DNA of 41,969 nucleotides from Ignavibacteriota bacterium (GTDB lineage: Bacteria > Bacteroidota > Ignavibacteria > UBA10030 > CAVZMI01). Below are positions 1 to 10,142 of the stretch, piece by piece (position 1 is the stretch's first letter; every line of letters starts with the position of its first letter). Made by a program: the position numbers and the translations under genes. The stretch lies in NCBI GenBank assembly GCA_963776275.1, contig CAVZMI010000002.1, positions 1 to 41,969 of the forward strand, in the 5' to 3' direction. A model generated the notes under the pieces. That model worked only from the letters and a program-made list of their open reading frames with translations. It was not told the DNA's origin and did no database searches.

Positions 1-348
1 GACAATGATACCAGGGATAACCATCTCCGTTCTGCAGATTTTTTTGATGTAACAAAATATCCGGACCTTACATTTAAAAGCACTTCGTTTGAAAAAACCG
101 GTGAGAATGAATATCGAATCACCGGCGATCTGACAATCCACGGCATCACAAAACCTGTCACTCTTGATGCAAAGTACCTCGGACAAATTAAGGATTCGAA
201 GGGCACCGTCTATGCAGGATTCAAAGCAACCGGGAGAGTCAATCGATACGACTATAATTTAAAATGGAACCGCTCGCTCGACGCAGGCGGACTGCTTATC
301 AGTGAAAACGTCGACATTTCTCTAAATATCAAAATGATAAGACAGTAA
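1..348 (+). CDS. YceI-family lipid/polyisoprenoid-binding protein, 5' truncated by the window edge
   Basis: Frame 1 reads DNDTRDNHLRSADFFDVTKYPDLTFKST...GDLTIHGITKPVTL...GFKATGRVNRYDYNLKWN...ISENVDISLNI, stop TAA 346-348. RDxHL..DFFD and GDLTIHGITK are typical YceI motifs. Not in the supplied ORF track. Confidence 0.88.
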   Translation, partial: DNDTRDNHLRSADFFDVTKYPDLTFKSTSFEKTGENEYRITGDLTIHGITKPVTLDAKYLGQIKDSKGTVYAGFKATGRVNRYDYNLKWNRSLDAGGLLISENVDISLNIKMIRQ

Positions 349-365
349 TAAAAAAACACTTAAAA

Positions 366-1067
366 ATGATGAAAATCAGAAAACACAATACACGCGGAGT
401 AACCAAAGTCGGATGGCTTAGCAGCTACCATAGTTTTTCATTCAACCGATACTATGATCGTGAATATACCAATTTCGGTCCACTCCGCGTTCTCAACGAT
501 GATACCATTATGCCGGGTACCGGCTTTGAGACTCATCCGCATGATAATATGGAAATTATTACTTACGTGCTTCAAGGAGCCCTGGAGCATCGTGACAGTA
601 CAGGAATACATGGAGTAATCCTTGCCGGTGAAGCGCAAAGAATGAGCGCGGGTACAGGTATTATGCATTCTGAGTCCAACCATTCAAAAACCGAGCCGGT
701 CCATCTTCTCCAAATCTGGTTTTTACCAGACAGGCGTGATCTTCGACCGGAATATGAACAGAAAAGTTTTTCGAGGGAACAACGGACCAATGTTTTTCTT
801 CAGATCACATCGGTAGAGGGAAAAAACGGTGGGATTTCCATTCACCAGGACGCCAGGATGTCGGTCAGCCGTCTCGAGTCCAATCATTCGCTGAAATATC
901 ACGTTTCTGAAGGACGCGGCGCCTATCTCTATCTGATTGAGGGATCCGTTGCCATCAATCACACAGGACTCACGGGAGGCGATGCCGCCATCATCGACAC
1001 GATGGAGGAATTGACGATTACAGCCGCAGATGATTCAGAGATTGCACTCTTTGATGTTCCATTGTAG
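366..1067 (+). CDS. Pirin family protein (YhhW-like quercetinase/cupin)
   Basis: GWLSSYHSFSF, FGPLRVLNDD, GFETHPHDNMEIITYVLQGALEHRDSTG, QRMSAGTGIMHSE, LLQIW motifs. Confidence 0.93.
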   Translation: MMKIRKHNTRGVTKVGWLSSYHSFSFNRYYDREYTNFGPLRVLNDDTIMPGTGFETHPHDNMEIITYVLQGALEHRDSTGIHGVILAGEAQRMSAGTGIMHSESNHSKTEPVHLLQIWFLPDRRDLRPEYEQKSFSREQRTNVFLQITSVEGKNGGISIHQDARMSVSRLESNHSLKYHVSEGRGAYLYLIEGSVAINHTGLTGGDAAIIDTMEELTITAADDSEIALFDVPL

Positions 1068-1114
1068 GGCGAGCAGACCTGTGGTGAGCTACGTCGAACC
1101 ACTGCTCGCCCTAC
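1064..1114 (+). repeat. 51-bp composite GTAG-type REP (copy 1)
   Basis: GTAGGGCGAGCAGA-CCTGTGGTGAGCTACGTCGAACCA-CTGCTCGCCCTAC has a 13-bp terminal inverted repeat and is the exact reverse complement of 7421-7471. Its TAG is the pirin stop codon. Confidence 0.9.
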
Positions 1115-1205
1115 TATTTTACCAGCCGAGTTTAAACATATTTGCTTCCCTCTTTTTCATTATGTAAGTTACATTCCAAACTTTTATCAAGTCTGAAAAT
1201 TCGAA

Positions 1206-1619
1206 ATGAAAAAACCTGTCGGAGCCGGAATCATCCTCTTAAACAGCAAGGATCAAATCCTTTTAATCCTCCGCGAGAATATTCCGACCATTCCCTACCC
1301 AAATATGTGGGATCTGCCGGGTGGACATGTTGAAGAAGGAGAAAATCCGGAACAGACCATTCGCCGTGAGATGAATGAAGAACTCGAAATCGATCTTGGC
1401 GAGATTACCCTTTTTAAAGAGTACCATCATGAAGCTTTCGACGAGTACGTGTTTCTGAAAAAAATTGATCTCAATCCTGACAGTATGGTGCTTCACGAAG
1501 GCCAGCGTCTTGCATATTTTGGTCTTGATGAGATTCTTCAACTCCCACTGGCATATTCCTATCATAAAGTCCTGAAGGATTTCTTTGATTCTTCCCGAGC
1601 CAACCGGAAGGGCATCTGA
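1206..1619 (+). CDS. Nudix hydrolase
   Basis: WDLPGGHVEEGENPEQTIRREMNEELEI matches the Nudix box GX5EX7REUXEE. Confidence 0.9.
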   Translation: MKKPVGAGIILLNSKDQILLILRENIPTIPYPNMWDLPGGHVEEGENPEQTIRREMNEELEIDLGEITLFKEYHHEAFDEYVFLKKIDLNPDSMVLHEGQRLAYFGLDEILQLPLAYSYHKVLKDFFDSSRANRKGI

Positions 1620-2807
<1,188 letters not shown>

Positions 2808-2831
2808 ATATCCGATGGATAGCAGTTATCC

Positions 2832-2868
2832 AAGGCTAACGACGTAAATCCTGTCGTTAGCCTTTTTA
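2832..2868 (+). terminator. Intrinsic terminator-like hairpin between gap and pgk
   Basis: AAGGCTAACGAC-gtaaatcct-GTCGTTAGCCTT followed by a T run. Confidence 0.7.
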
Positions 2869-2898
2869 TATGCAATGTTCAACAATGGAAAAAATAAT

Positions 2899-4094
2899 AT
2901 GAATACTCTTACAATTGATGATCTTCAACTAAAAGGGAAACGTGTTCTCGTTCGGGTCGACTTCAACGTACCGCTCGATGAACAGCGGCGCGTTGCCGAC
3001 GATACCCGTATCGTTGAATCGCTCCCGACAATCAAGAAAATACTCGCCGATGGGGGTAAAGCAATTCTCATGAGCCACCTCGGACGGCCGAAAGGTAAAC
3101 CGAAACCTGAATTCAGCCTGAAACCGGTTGCCGAACACCTCAGCACACTCATCGGAAAGCCGGTACGATTTGCACCTGACTGCATCGGTGCAGAAGTAAA
3201 AAAAATCATCGACGGCATGCAAAACGGAGAGTGCCTGTTACTCGAAAACCTGCGGTATCATAACGAAGAAGAGGCCAACGATCCGGGTTTTGCAAAAGAG
3301 CTGGCAAGCTTCGGCGATGTGTATGTAAACGACGCATTCGGCTCGGCCCATCGTGCCCATGCATCGACGGAAGGTGTCACAAAATATTTTGCACAAAACG
3401 CAGCGGGATACCTTATGCAGAAAGAGCTCAAGTATCTCGGGAGCGCAGTCGAAAATCCGGCACGCCCCTATCTCGCAATACTCGGCGGCGCAAAGATCTC
3501 CGGAAAGATCGATGTCATTCAAAACCTTATGAACAAAGTCGATACACTGATCATCGGCGGCGGAATGGCATTTACGTTCTTCAAGGCCGAAGGACTTGAA
3601 ATCGGTAATTCACTGCTGGAAGCCGACAAGATCGATCTTGCAAAACAAATACTGAACGAGGTAAAAACGAAAAATATCGACATGCTCCTTCCCGTCGACA
3701 TTGTCATTGCCGATAAAATCGACAATGCAGCCCAGCGGAAGGTTGTAAAAAAGAATGAAATGCCACAAGGCTGGTGGGGGCTGGATATCGAGCCGAGACA
3801 ATCAGGCTCTTCGTGAACGCAATCTGCAAATCGAAAACAGTTGTGTGGAACGGACCGATGGGCATGTTCGAAATGGATAACTTCGCCGTAGGAACCAATG
3901 CAATCGCAAAAGCTCTTGCCGATGCAACGTCAAAGGGCACTATCACGATCGTCGGCGGCGGTGACAGCGCGGCATCAATTGTAAAAGCCGGACTTGAGAA
4001 AGCCGTGTCGCATGTTTCAACCGGCGGCGGTGCTTCACTTGAATTCCTGGAAGGTAAAATCCTTCCCGGAGTTGCTGCGTTAACAAAAAAATAG
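2899..4094 (+). CDS. pgk: Phosphoglycerate kinase (one-base frameshift near 3790, probably a sequence error)
   Basis: [40 protein letters not shown] in ORF 2875-3816. [24 protein letters not shown] in ORF 3774-4094. Restoring one G at atc-ga-gcc gives LDIGAETIRLF and about 398 aa. Confidence 0.93.
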
Positions 4095-4114
4095 ATTATA
4101 CTCTATCTGTCTGC

Positions 4115-4152
4115 AACCCCGTCCTGTTTCACATAGGGACGGGGTTTCTTTT
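4115..4152 (+). terminator. Intrinsic terminator after pgk
   Basis: AACCCCGTCC...GGACGGGGTT followed by TCTTTT. Confidence 0.8.
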
Positions 4153-4245
4153 CGATTGGAAACAAAAGAGTCTTTTTTTATGTTGCAGAAGTGGATGTTT
4201 TTTCGTTACATTGAGTCTATCAAACACTTTTAAAGTACATATAGA

Positions 4246-5172
4246 ATGCCTTTTCGATATCAACGCGGCGGTAATTATAACCGTCCGGGTTTTTTCGGCG
4301 GGTTTACTTTTTTCCCACCGGTCATCAAATCACTCTTGCTGTCAAACGCAATAGTGTTTTTTCTTCTCTATTTCCTCGGGCGTTTCGAGGTCAATGGAAT
4401 TCCCCTTATTATGATCATCGACCGTGTATTTGCACTCAACCCGTTTGGACACGGTTTCCGGCTGTGGCAGCTTTTTACATATATGTTCATGCATAGCGGG
4501 CTCATCCACATCTTTTTCAATATGCTCATGCTCTGGATGTTCGGGATGGAACTGGAAAATACTTGGGGATCACGACGGTTCTTCACATACTATATTGTAT
4601 GTGGAATAGGCGCGGGGATTGCCAATCTGATTTTTGCACCAATTTTTTCAGTTGCTGCACCGACTGTTGGTGCTTCGGGCGCTGTCTTTGGGATAATGAT
4701 AGCATTTGGAATGATGTTTCCGGACCGCCCGGTTTTCATGTTCCCGATATTTTTCCCGATCAGGGCAAAATTCCTAGTGGCAATTCTTATTTTTGTTGAA
4801 ATACTGGCAGTAACCGGATCTGAAGCGGACACGATTGCTCACTTCGCGCATCTAGGTGGCGCCGCTGTAGGATATATATTGATACTGATCGATATGCACC
4901 GTTTTCCATTCCAGAAATTTATCGAACGGTTCCGGCACAGAACTCGGATGCACATATATACGCCGGGGTCCGATACCAATCGGGATATATTTACTAAGGA
5001 TGCAGAATATTCTGACATTCATGAAGAACAGACACCGCAGTCAAAAAGTGAAAATGAGATCAACCAGGAACGGATCGACCAGATCCTCGATAAAATCGGT
5101 AAAGGCGGTTATCAGAGTCTGACCGAAGAAGAAAAACGTATTCTTTTTGAAGCGAGCAAGAAATTGAACTAG
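4246..5172 (+). CDS. Rhomboid-family intramembrane serine protease with C-terminal DUF6576-like tail
   Basis: WQLFTYMFMH, HIFFNM, VGASGAVFG (catalytic S), AHFAHLGGA (catalytic H). C-terminal IDQILDKIGKGGYQSLTEEEKRIL. Confidence 0.92.
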   Translation: MPFRYQRGGNYNRPGFFGGFTFFPPVIKSLLLSNAIVFFLLYFLGRFEVNGIPLIMIIDRVFALNPFGHGFRLWQLFTYMFMHSGLIHIFFNMLMLWMFGMELENTWGSRRFFTYYIVCGIGAGIANLIFAPIFSVAAPTVGASGAVFGIMIAFGMMFPDRPVFMFPIFFPIRAKFLVAILIFVEILAVTGSEADTIAHFAHLGGAAVGYILILIDMHRFPFQKFIERFRHRTRMHIYTPGSDTNRDIFTKDAEYSDIHEEQTPQSKSENEINQERIDQILDKIGKGGYQSLTEEEKRILFEASKKLN

Positions 5173-5179
5173 TACTTAA

Positions 5180-6253
5180 ATGGAGAACAGACAGAAATAT
5201 ATCAGACGGAAGACACGGCAGGTCAATGTCAGCGGAATCATGATCGGAGGTGGCGCGCCGATATCAGTCCAGACCATGACAAAAACAAAAACTGCCGACG
5301 TCGATGCTACCGTGGGACAAATCATCGAGGCGGCAACAGCCGGATGTGACATTGTTCGCGTGACCGTCAATGATAAAGATGCAGCAGAAGCGATCGCTCG
5401 TATCGTCAATCAATCTCCTGTCCCGATCGTAGCCGACATCCACTTTAACCATATTTTCGCTCTCAAAGCGCTCGAAGCAGGCGTTGCGAAGGTTCGGCTC
5501 AACCCCGGAAATATCGGTTCCAGAGATCGGATTCGCGAAGTGCTCACAATGGCAAAAAATAAAGGCGTTCCGATTCGAATAGGAGTGAATTCCGGTTCAC
5601 TCGAAGAGGATATTCTTAAAAAACATGGATACCCGACGGCCGAAGCACTTTATGAAAGTGCGATGCGGCATGTGGAAATTTGCGATGAATTCGGATTCAA
5701 AGATGTCGTCATTTCAGTAAAATCCACCGATGTACGGTTAATGATCGAAGCCTACCGTCTTGTTGCAGAGCGTACAGATATTCCGTTACATCTGGGTGTT
5801 ACAGAAGCAGGCCCGACGCGAAGCGGTACAATTAAATCTTCAGTAGGGATCGGGGCCCTTCTTTCGGAGGGAATCGGTGATACGATTCGCGTATCGTTGA
5901 CCGACGCGCCTGTAAAAGAAATCGAAGTCGGGAAGGAAATACTGCGCTCTCTCGGACTTGCTTCACGAAATATCGAGCTGATTGCATGCCCCACATGCGG
6001 CCGTCTTGAAGTCGACCTCTTCGCCATCATGGCACAGCTTGAAGAGAAGCTTGCCGGAATAAAGAAGCCGATCAAAATTGCCGTGCTCGGTTGTGTAGTG
6101 AATGGTTCAGGAGAAGCGAGCGAAGCGGATATCGGTATCGCAGCGGGAAAAGGAGTTGGAATTCTCTATCGTAAAGGTGAAATTATAAAACGCGTGAAGG
6201 AAAGCGAGATCGTCCAAACGATTCTGGAAGAAGTAGAAAAGTTTCAACCCTAA
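5180..6253 (+). CDS. ispG: (E)-4-hydroxy-3-methylbut-2-enyl-diphosphate synthase
   Basis: PISVQTMT, VADIHF, RLNPGN, IRIGVNSGSL, PLHLGVTEAG, GIGDTIRVSL, CPTCGR, GCVVNG. Confidence 0.97.
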   Translation: MENRQKYIRRKTRQVNVSGIMIGGGAPISVQTMTKTKTADVDATVGQIIEAATAGCDIVRVTVNDKDAAEAIARIVNQSPVPIVADIHFNHIFALKALEAGVAKVRLNPGNIGSRDRIREVLTMAKNKGVPIRIGVNSGSLEEDILKKHGYPTAEALYESAMRHVEICDEFGFKDVVISVKSTDVRLMIEAYRLVAERTDIPLHLGVTEAGPTRSGTIKSSVGIGALLSEGIGDTIRVSLTDAPVKEIEVGKEILRSLGLASRNIELIACPTCGRLEVDLFAIMAQLEEKLAGIKKPIKIAVLGCVVNGSGEASEADIGIAAGKGVGILYRKGEIIKRVKESEIVQTILEEVEKFQP

Positions 6254-6312
6254 CACTGAATATGGAAGCCCCCCTCGAATTGCTCATTTTTTTGGGAGTA
6301 TGGCGACTATTG

Positions 6313-7032
6313 CTATATTGCCAATTTGGCAAGGGCTGCAGATGCGACTGCAACCGATGCGGCACCTGATTCCCGGATCACACTCGCGCATTCTCCAATC
6401 GTTGCCCCCGTTGTGATTACATCGTCAACGAGAAGAATATGTTTTCCCTTGAGCTTCCAGGGCATCATTACACGGAAAGCATCCTCAACATTCGACTTTC
6501 GTTCATCTATATTGAGGTGGGTTTGCGACTGTGTAGCCCGTACACGTTTCACCGCGGATACTTCTATATCGCGAATGCTCAATATTTTCGCAATGCCCCG
6601 TGCAATATATTCACTCTGGTTATACCCCCTCTCACGGTACTTTGATCGATGAAGAGGAATAGGGACGATACCTTCGTACCGAAACGGAAGATTTTCACCA
6701 ACAATCAGCTCGCCGATTTTTTCCCCCAGTCCAACTCCTAATTTTGTAAAACCTTCATATTTTAATCCGTGTATGATTTTTTGAAGTGTCCCCTGTTCTT
6801 CAAAATAGTATGGAGTGAATAACCGGTCGATGGTCCCGATCTCCTTAAAACGCCGCATGAGTACGCGAACCGTCACATCATCAGGCGATACTCGAAGAAT
6901 ATTCTGCCAGCACCACGAACAGGCAAATTTTTCATGCCCTTCCAACGGTTTTTCACATGCTATACAAAGACGCGGGAAGATCACATCGAGAAAAGTACTA
7001 TGAATATTCCGGATGATGTTGGGTAGAATCAT
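6313..7032 (-). CDS. ComF-family phosphoribosyltransferase-like protein
   Basis: FPRLCIAC...CSWC zinc ribbon, LKYEG, VPIPLH, RGYNQSE, LLVDDVITTGAT. Confidence 0.9.
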   Translation of the reverse strand: MILPNIIRNIHSTFLDVIFPRLCIACEKPLEGHEKFACSWCWQNILRVSPDDVTVRVLMRRFKEIGTIDRLFTPYYFEEQGTLQKIIHGLKYEGFTKLGVGLGEKIGELIVGENLPFRYEGIVPIPLHRSKYRERGYNQSEYIARGIAKILSIRDIEVSAVKRVRATQSQTHLNIDERKSNVEDAFRVMMPWKLKGKHILLVDDVITTGATIGECASVIRESGAASVAVASAALAKLAI

Positions 7033-7092
7033 AACAAATCACTCTATATGGCTATGAACTAATATGTGCTCCAGTAGAAATTCACCGATTTA

Positions 7093-7140
7093 CTTCGGGA
7101 GTCTATATATTTACCGCTGCGATTGGTAATTTTGTGACAA
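7093..7140. repeat. 48-bp direct repeat, copy 1 (flanks RAYT pseudogene)
   Basis: CTTCGGGAGTCTATATATTTACCGCTGCGATTGGTAATTTTGTGACAA, 47/48 identical to 7887-7934. Confidence 0.9.
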
Positions 7141-7192
7141 TGAAATAAGGGCAGATTTAAAGTAGTATAAAAACTCCTGAACCCCATGTTTT

Positions 7193-7836
7193 TTATGAAA
7201 TGTCTTTCAGATATGTCCACGGCCATGCTTCCCAAGTTTCGACCAACCTTGCGTGTACAGGATTCATGAGAACATATTCGACGATACGCGATAATTCGGC
7301 ATCATCTCATACTACATGATCGTAGCTTTCGTGCTGCCAAAATGAACCGGTGCGATGAAGTACTTTATTCGATTCAAGAGCTGTGTACCATTTTAAGCTA
7401 CTCATAATTTTCGTAACTATGTAGGGCGAGCAGTGGTTCGACGTAGCTCACCACAGGTCTGCTCGCCCTACACCAAATACCATATGGACGTGATTTGGCA
7501 TGATACAATATGCAATTAGATCATATTCTTTTTGATCACGGTGGTGAATGGATTCTTTGACAATGCCGGCAATGCGCGGTTCGCGTAACTAAAGCAGGCT
7601 CTTTTCGTTTTTATCGAGCAAGCCGTCGAACCGGGCGAAATAATCAATGTTAAATTCGTACCATTCATCCGATCGTGTTTTCCGATTATTAATTCTCTCG
7701 ATACATTCGTTCGTTCTCGATCCACACACATTTCCTCAATCACAGCCGCAGGCAACGACCCGGCTAATCTGAACGTCACAAAAAAAATCGCATCCAACGG
7801 CTGGTAATGTGGAAGATGACGGCGATAATAAATCAT
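7193..7836 (-). pseudogene. REP-associated tyrosine transposase (RAYT, Y1 HUH) pseudogene
   Basis: MIYYRRHLPHYQP..FFVTFRLAGSLP, then a frameshift near 7670 into YFARFDGLLD...*LREPRIAGIV...AYCIMPNHVHMVF (HUH)...SLKWYTA...FWQHESYDHVV*DDAELSRIVEYVLMNPV...WPWT. In-frame stops at 7589-7591, 7448-7450 and 7307-7309. Confidence 0.88.
7421..7471 (-). repeat. 51-bp composite GTAG-type REP (copy 2), inside the RAYT reading frame
   Basis: Exact reverse complement of 1064-1114. It occupies 17 codons just after the NHVH motif. Confidence 0.9.
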
Positions 7837-7886
7837 GTCAATTGGATTTGCTTGTTGTGAGCTCTTTATGATCATCTTTAGAACCG

Positions 7887-7934
7887 CTTCGGGAGTCTAT
7901 ATATTTACCGCTGCAATTGGTAATTTTGTGACAA
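7887..7934. repeat. 48-bp direct repeat, copy 2
   Basis: CTTCGGGAGTCTATATATTTACCGCTGCAATTGGTAATTTTGTGACAA, one mismatch to 7093-7140. Confidence 0.9.
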
Positions 7935-8006
7935 CGAACGGGCGAGAGGCTTAAGTCATTAGGATATTGTTACGGTAGAGCCGGAATGGGGGGACTCAAT
8001 AGATAT

Positions 8007-10022
8007 TTACTTTTCCATCGCTGTCAGGCGGTTAATCTCATCGCGCAGCAGCGCCGCCCGTTCGAACTCCAGATTCTTTGCTGCATTCTTCATTTCAAGC
8101 TTGAGTTCTTCGATCATGTCCGCACGCTGTTCCTTCGTCAGATATTTAACGACCCGCTCTGTGACGGCGGGTATCGCTTCTTTCTCTCTACGGGCATCAC
8201 GTTGAGCTTTCACATCGGCAACGGCAGTCGCCGACAGTACCTCATCGAGTGTTTTATAAATAGTTTTCGGTTCGATCCGATGCTCTTTATTATATTCCGC
8301 CTGTTTTTCTCTTCTCCGGCGGGTTTCCTCGATCATTCTCTGCATCGAGCCGGTGATATTGTCGGCATACAGAATGACCAGTCCGTCGACATTCCGGGCC
8401 GTCCGACCCGCAGTCTGAATCAACGAGCGTTCCGACCTGAGGAAACCCTCTTTATCCGCATCCAGAATAGCGACAAGCGATACTTCGGGCAGATCGAGTC
8501 CTTCGCGCAGCAGGTTTACGCCAACGAGAACGTCGAAATCGCCAAGCCGTAAATCCCGCAGTATCTCCACACGCTCCAGGGCATCGATATCGGAGTGGAC
8601 GTACCGCACATTGATGCCGATATTCTGAAGATATTCAGTCAGGTCTTCCGCCATCCGTTTCGTAAGTGTAGTGACCAGAACCCGCTGCCGGTCGGCTGTC
8701 CGCTTCCGTATTTCAGCAATCAGGTCATCTATCTGATTTTTTATCGGCCGGACTTCAACGAGAGGATCGAGGAGTCCTGTTGGCCGGATCACTTGTTCAA
8801 CAACGGCTCCTTTGCATTTTTTCAACTCATACTCACCCGGTGTCGCGCTGACAAAGATCACCTGATTGACCATTTCTTCCCACTCTTCAAATGTCAGAGG
8901 ACGATTATCGAGCGCCGAGGGAAGACGGAATCCGTTTTCAACAAGCGTAACCTTGCGCGAGCGGTCACCATGCCACATCCCGCCGATCTGCGGCACCGTC
9001 ACATGCGACTCGTCGATGACAAGCAGATAATCATCAGGGTAGTAATCAAACAGGCAGTACGGACGCGAACCGGGTAGACGGCCGGCTATATGGCGCGAGT
9101 AGTTTTCGATACCGGAGCAATATCCAATCTCCTTCATCATTTCGATATCGAATTTAGTTCGCTGCTCGAGACGTTGGGCTTCGAGCAGCTTGCCAAGTCC
9201 CCTCAATTCTGCAAGACGTTCATGTAATTCTTTTTCAATATCGATAATCGCCCGATCGAGTGTCTGCTGGGAGGTTACAAAATGTTTTGCAGGATATATC
9301 GCCTCATAATCGAGATCACCGAGTACTTCGCCGGTGAGCCTGTGGATGGCCGATATTCGCTCAATCTCATCACCGAAAAATTCTATGCGAAGAGCCTCAT
9401 CCGATTCATATGCAGGAATTACATCGACAACATCGCCGCGGACACGGATATTACCGCGCGTAAATTCGACATCGTTCCGTATGTAATGAATATCTATGAG
9501 TTTCTTGAGAAGTGCGTTCCGTTCAATGTGATCTCCCTTCTGGACAACGACGACCTGCTCGGCCCAATCCTGCGGTGCACCGATACCGTAGATACAGCTG
9601 ACGGAAGCGACAACAATAACGTTTGGATCGCCGCTAAGGAGCGCGCTTGTCGCTTTCAGTCGGAGCCGGTCGATTTCCTCGTTGACTGAAGAATCCTTTG
9701 CGATATACGTATCGGTTGCGGGAAGGTATGCTTCCGGCTGGTAATAATCATAATAACTAATAAAAAATTCTACACGGTTATGCGGAAAGAAACCCCGAAA
9801 TTCGGCGTATAACTGTGCGGCGAGGGTCTTGTTATGCGACATGACCAGCACCGGCTTGTTAATTTTTTCAATGACATTCGAGATTGTGAATGTTTTTCCG
9901 CTTCCCGTCACACCGAGAAGCGTCTGGTATGTATCACCGCGCAGGACTCCCTCGGTGAGCTGCCGTATCGCTTCCGGTTGATCACCGCTCGGTTTATAAT
10001 CCGAGACCAGACGAAATGCCAT
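8007..10022 (-). CDS. uvrB: Excinuclease ABC subunit B
   Basis: [84 protein letters not shown]-terminal UVR motif [11 protein letters not shown]. Confidence 0.98.
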   Translation of the reverse strand: MAFRLVSDYKPSGDQPEAIRQLTEGVLRGDTYQTLLGVTGSGKTFTISNVIEKINKPVLVMSHNKTLAAQLYAEFRGFFPHNRVEFFISYYDYYQPEAYLPATDTYIAKDSSVNEEIDRLRLKATSALLSGDPNVIVVASVSCIYGIGAPQDWAEQVVVVQKGDHIERNALLKKLIDIHYIRNDVEFTRGNIRVRGDVVDVIPAYESDEALRIEFFGDEIERISAIHRLTGEVLGDLDYEAIYPAKHFVTSQQTLDRAIIDIEKELHERLAELRGLGKLLEAQRLEQRTKFDIEMMKEIGYCSGIENYSRHIAGRLPGSRPYCLFDYYPDDYLLVIDESHVTVPQIGGMWHGDRSRKVTLVENGFRLPSALDNRPLTFEEWEEMVNQVIFVSATPGEYELKKCKGAVVEQVIRPTGLLDPLVEVRPIKNQIDDLIAEIRKRTADRQRVLVTTLTKRMAEDLTEYLQNIGINVRYVHSDIDALERVEILRDLRLGDFDVLVGVNLLREGLDLPEVSLVAILDADKEGFLRSERSLIQTAGRTARNVDGLVILYADNITGSMQRMIEETRRRREKQAEYNKEHRIEPKTIYKTLDEVLSATAVADVKAQRDARREKEAIPAVTERVVKYLTKEQRADMIEELKLEMKNAAKNLEFERAALLRDEINRLTAMEK

Positions 10023-10142
10023 AAATTTATTTCCGGATGCGGGATAATTAGATCATTTATTAAATAATTCCATCATTCAATATAGTAATCACTAATTTTT
10101 CTATTATCACATATATCTTCGACTTAAAATATTCTATTCATT

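Noticed and set aside
3774-3816. Programmed frameshift or split pgk
   Set aside because: No slippery heptamer or stimulatory structure is visible. One missing G restores the canonical LDIG motif, and similar indels occur elsewhere in the window.
7307-7591. Stop-codon recoding (Sec or Trp) in the RAYT gene
   Set aside because: The stops are mixed TAG and TGA at positions expected to be Trp and Arg, there is also a frameshift, and other genes here use TGA as a normal stop.
7986-10067. Antisense ORFs over uvrB (and similar ones over gap, leuS, the ABC gene and the nucleotidase)
   Set aside because: Shadow frames of well-conserved genes, with no motifs or RBS.
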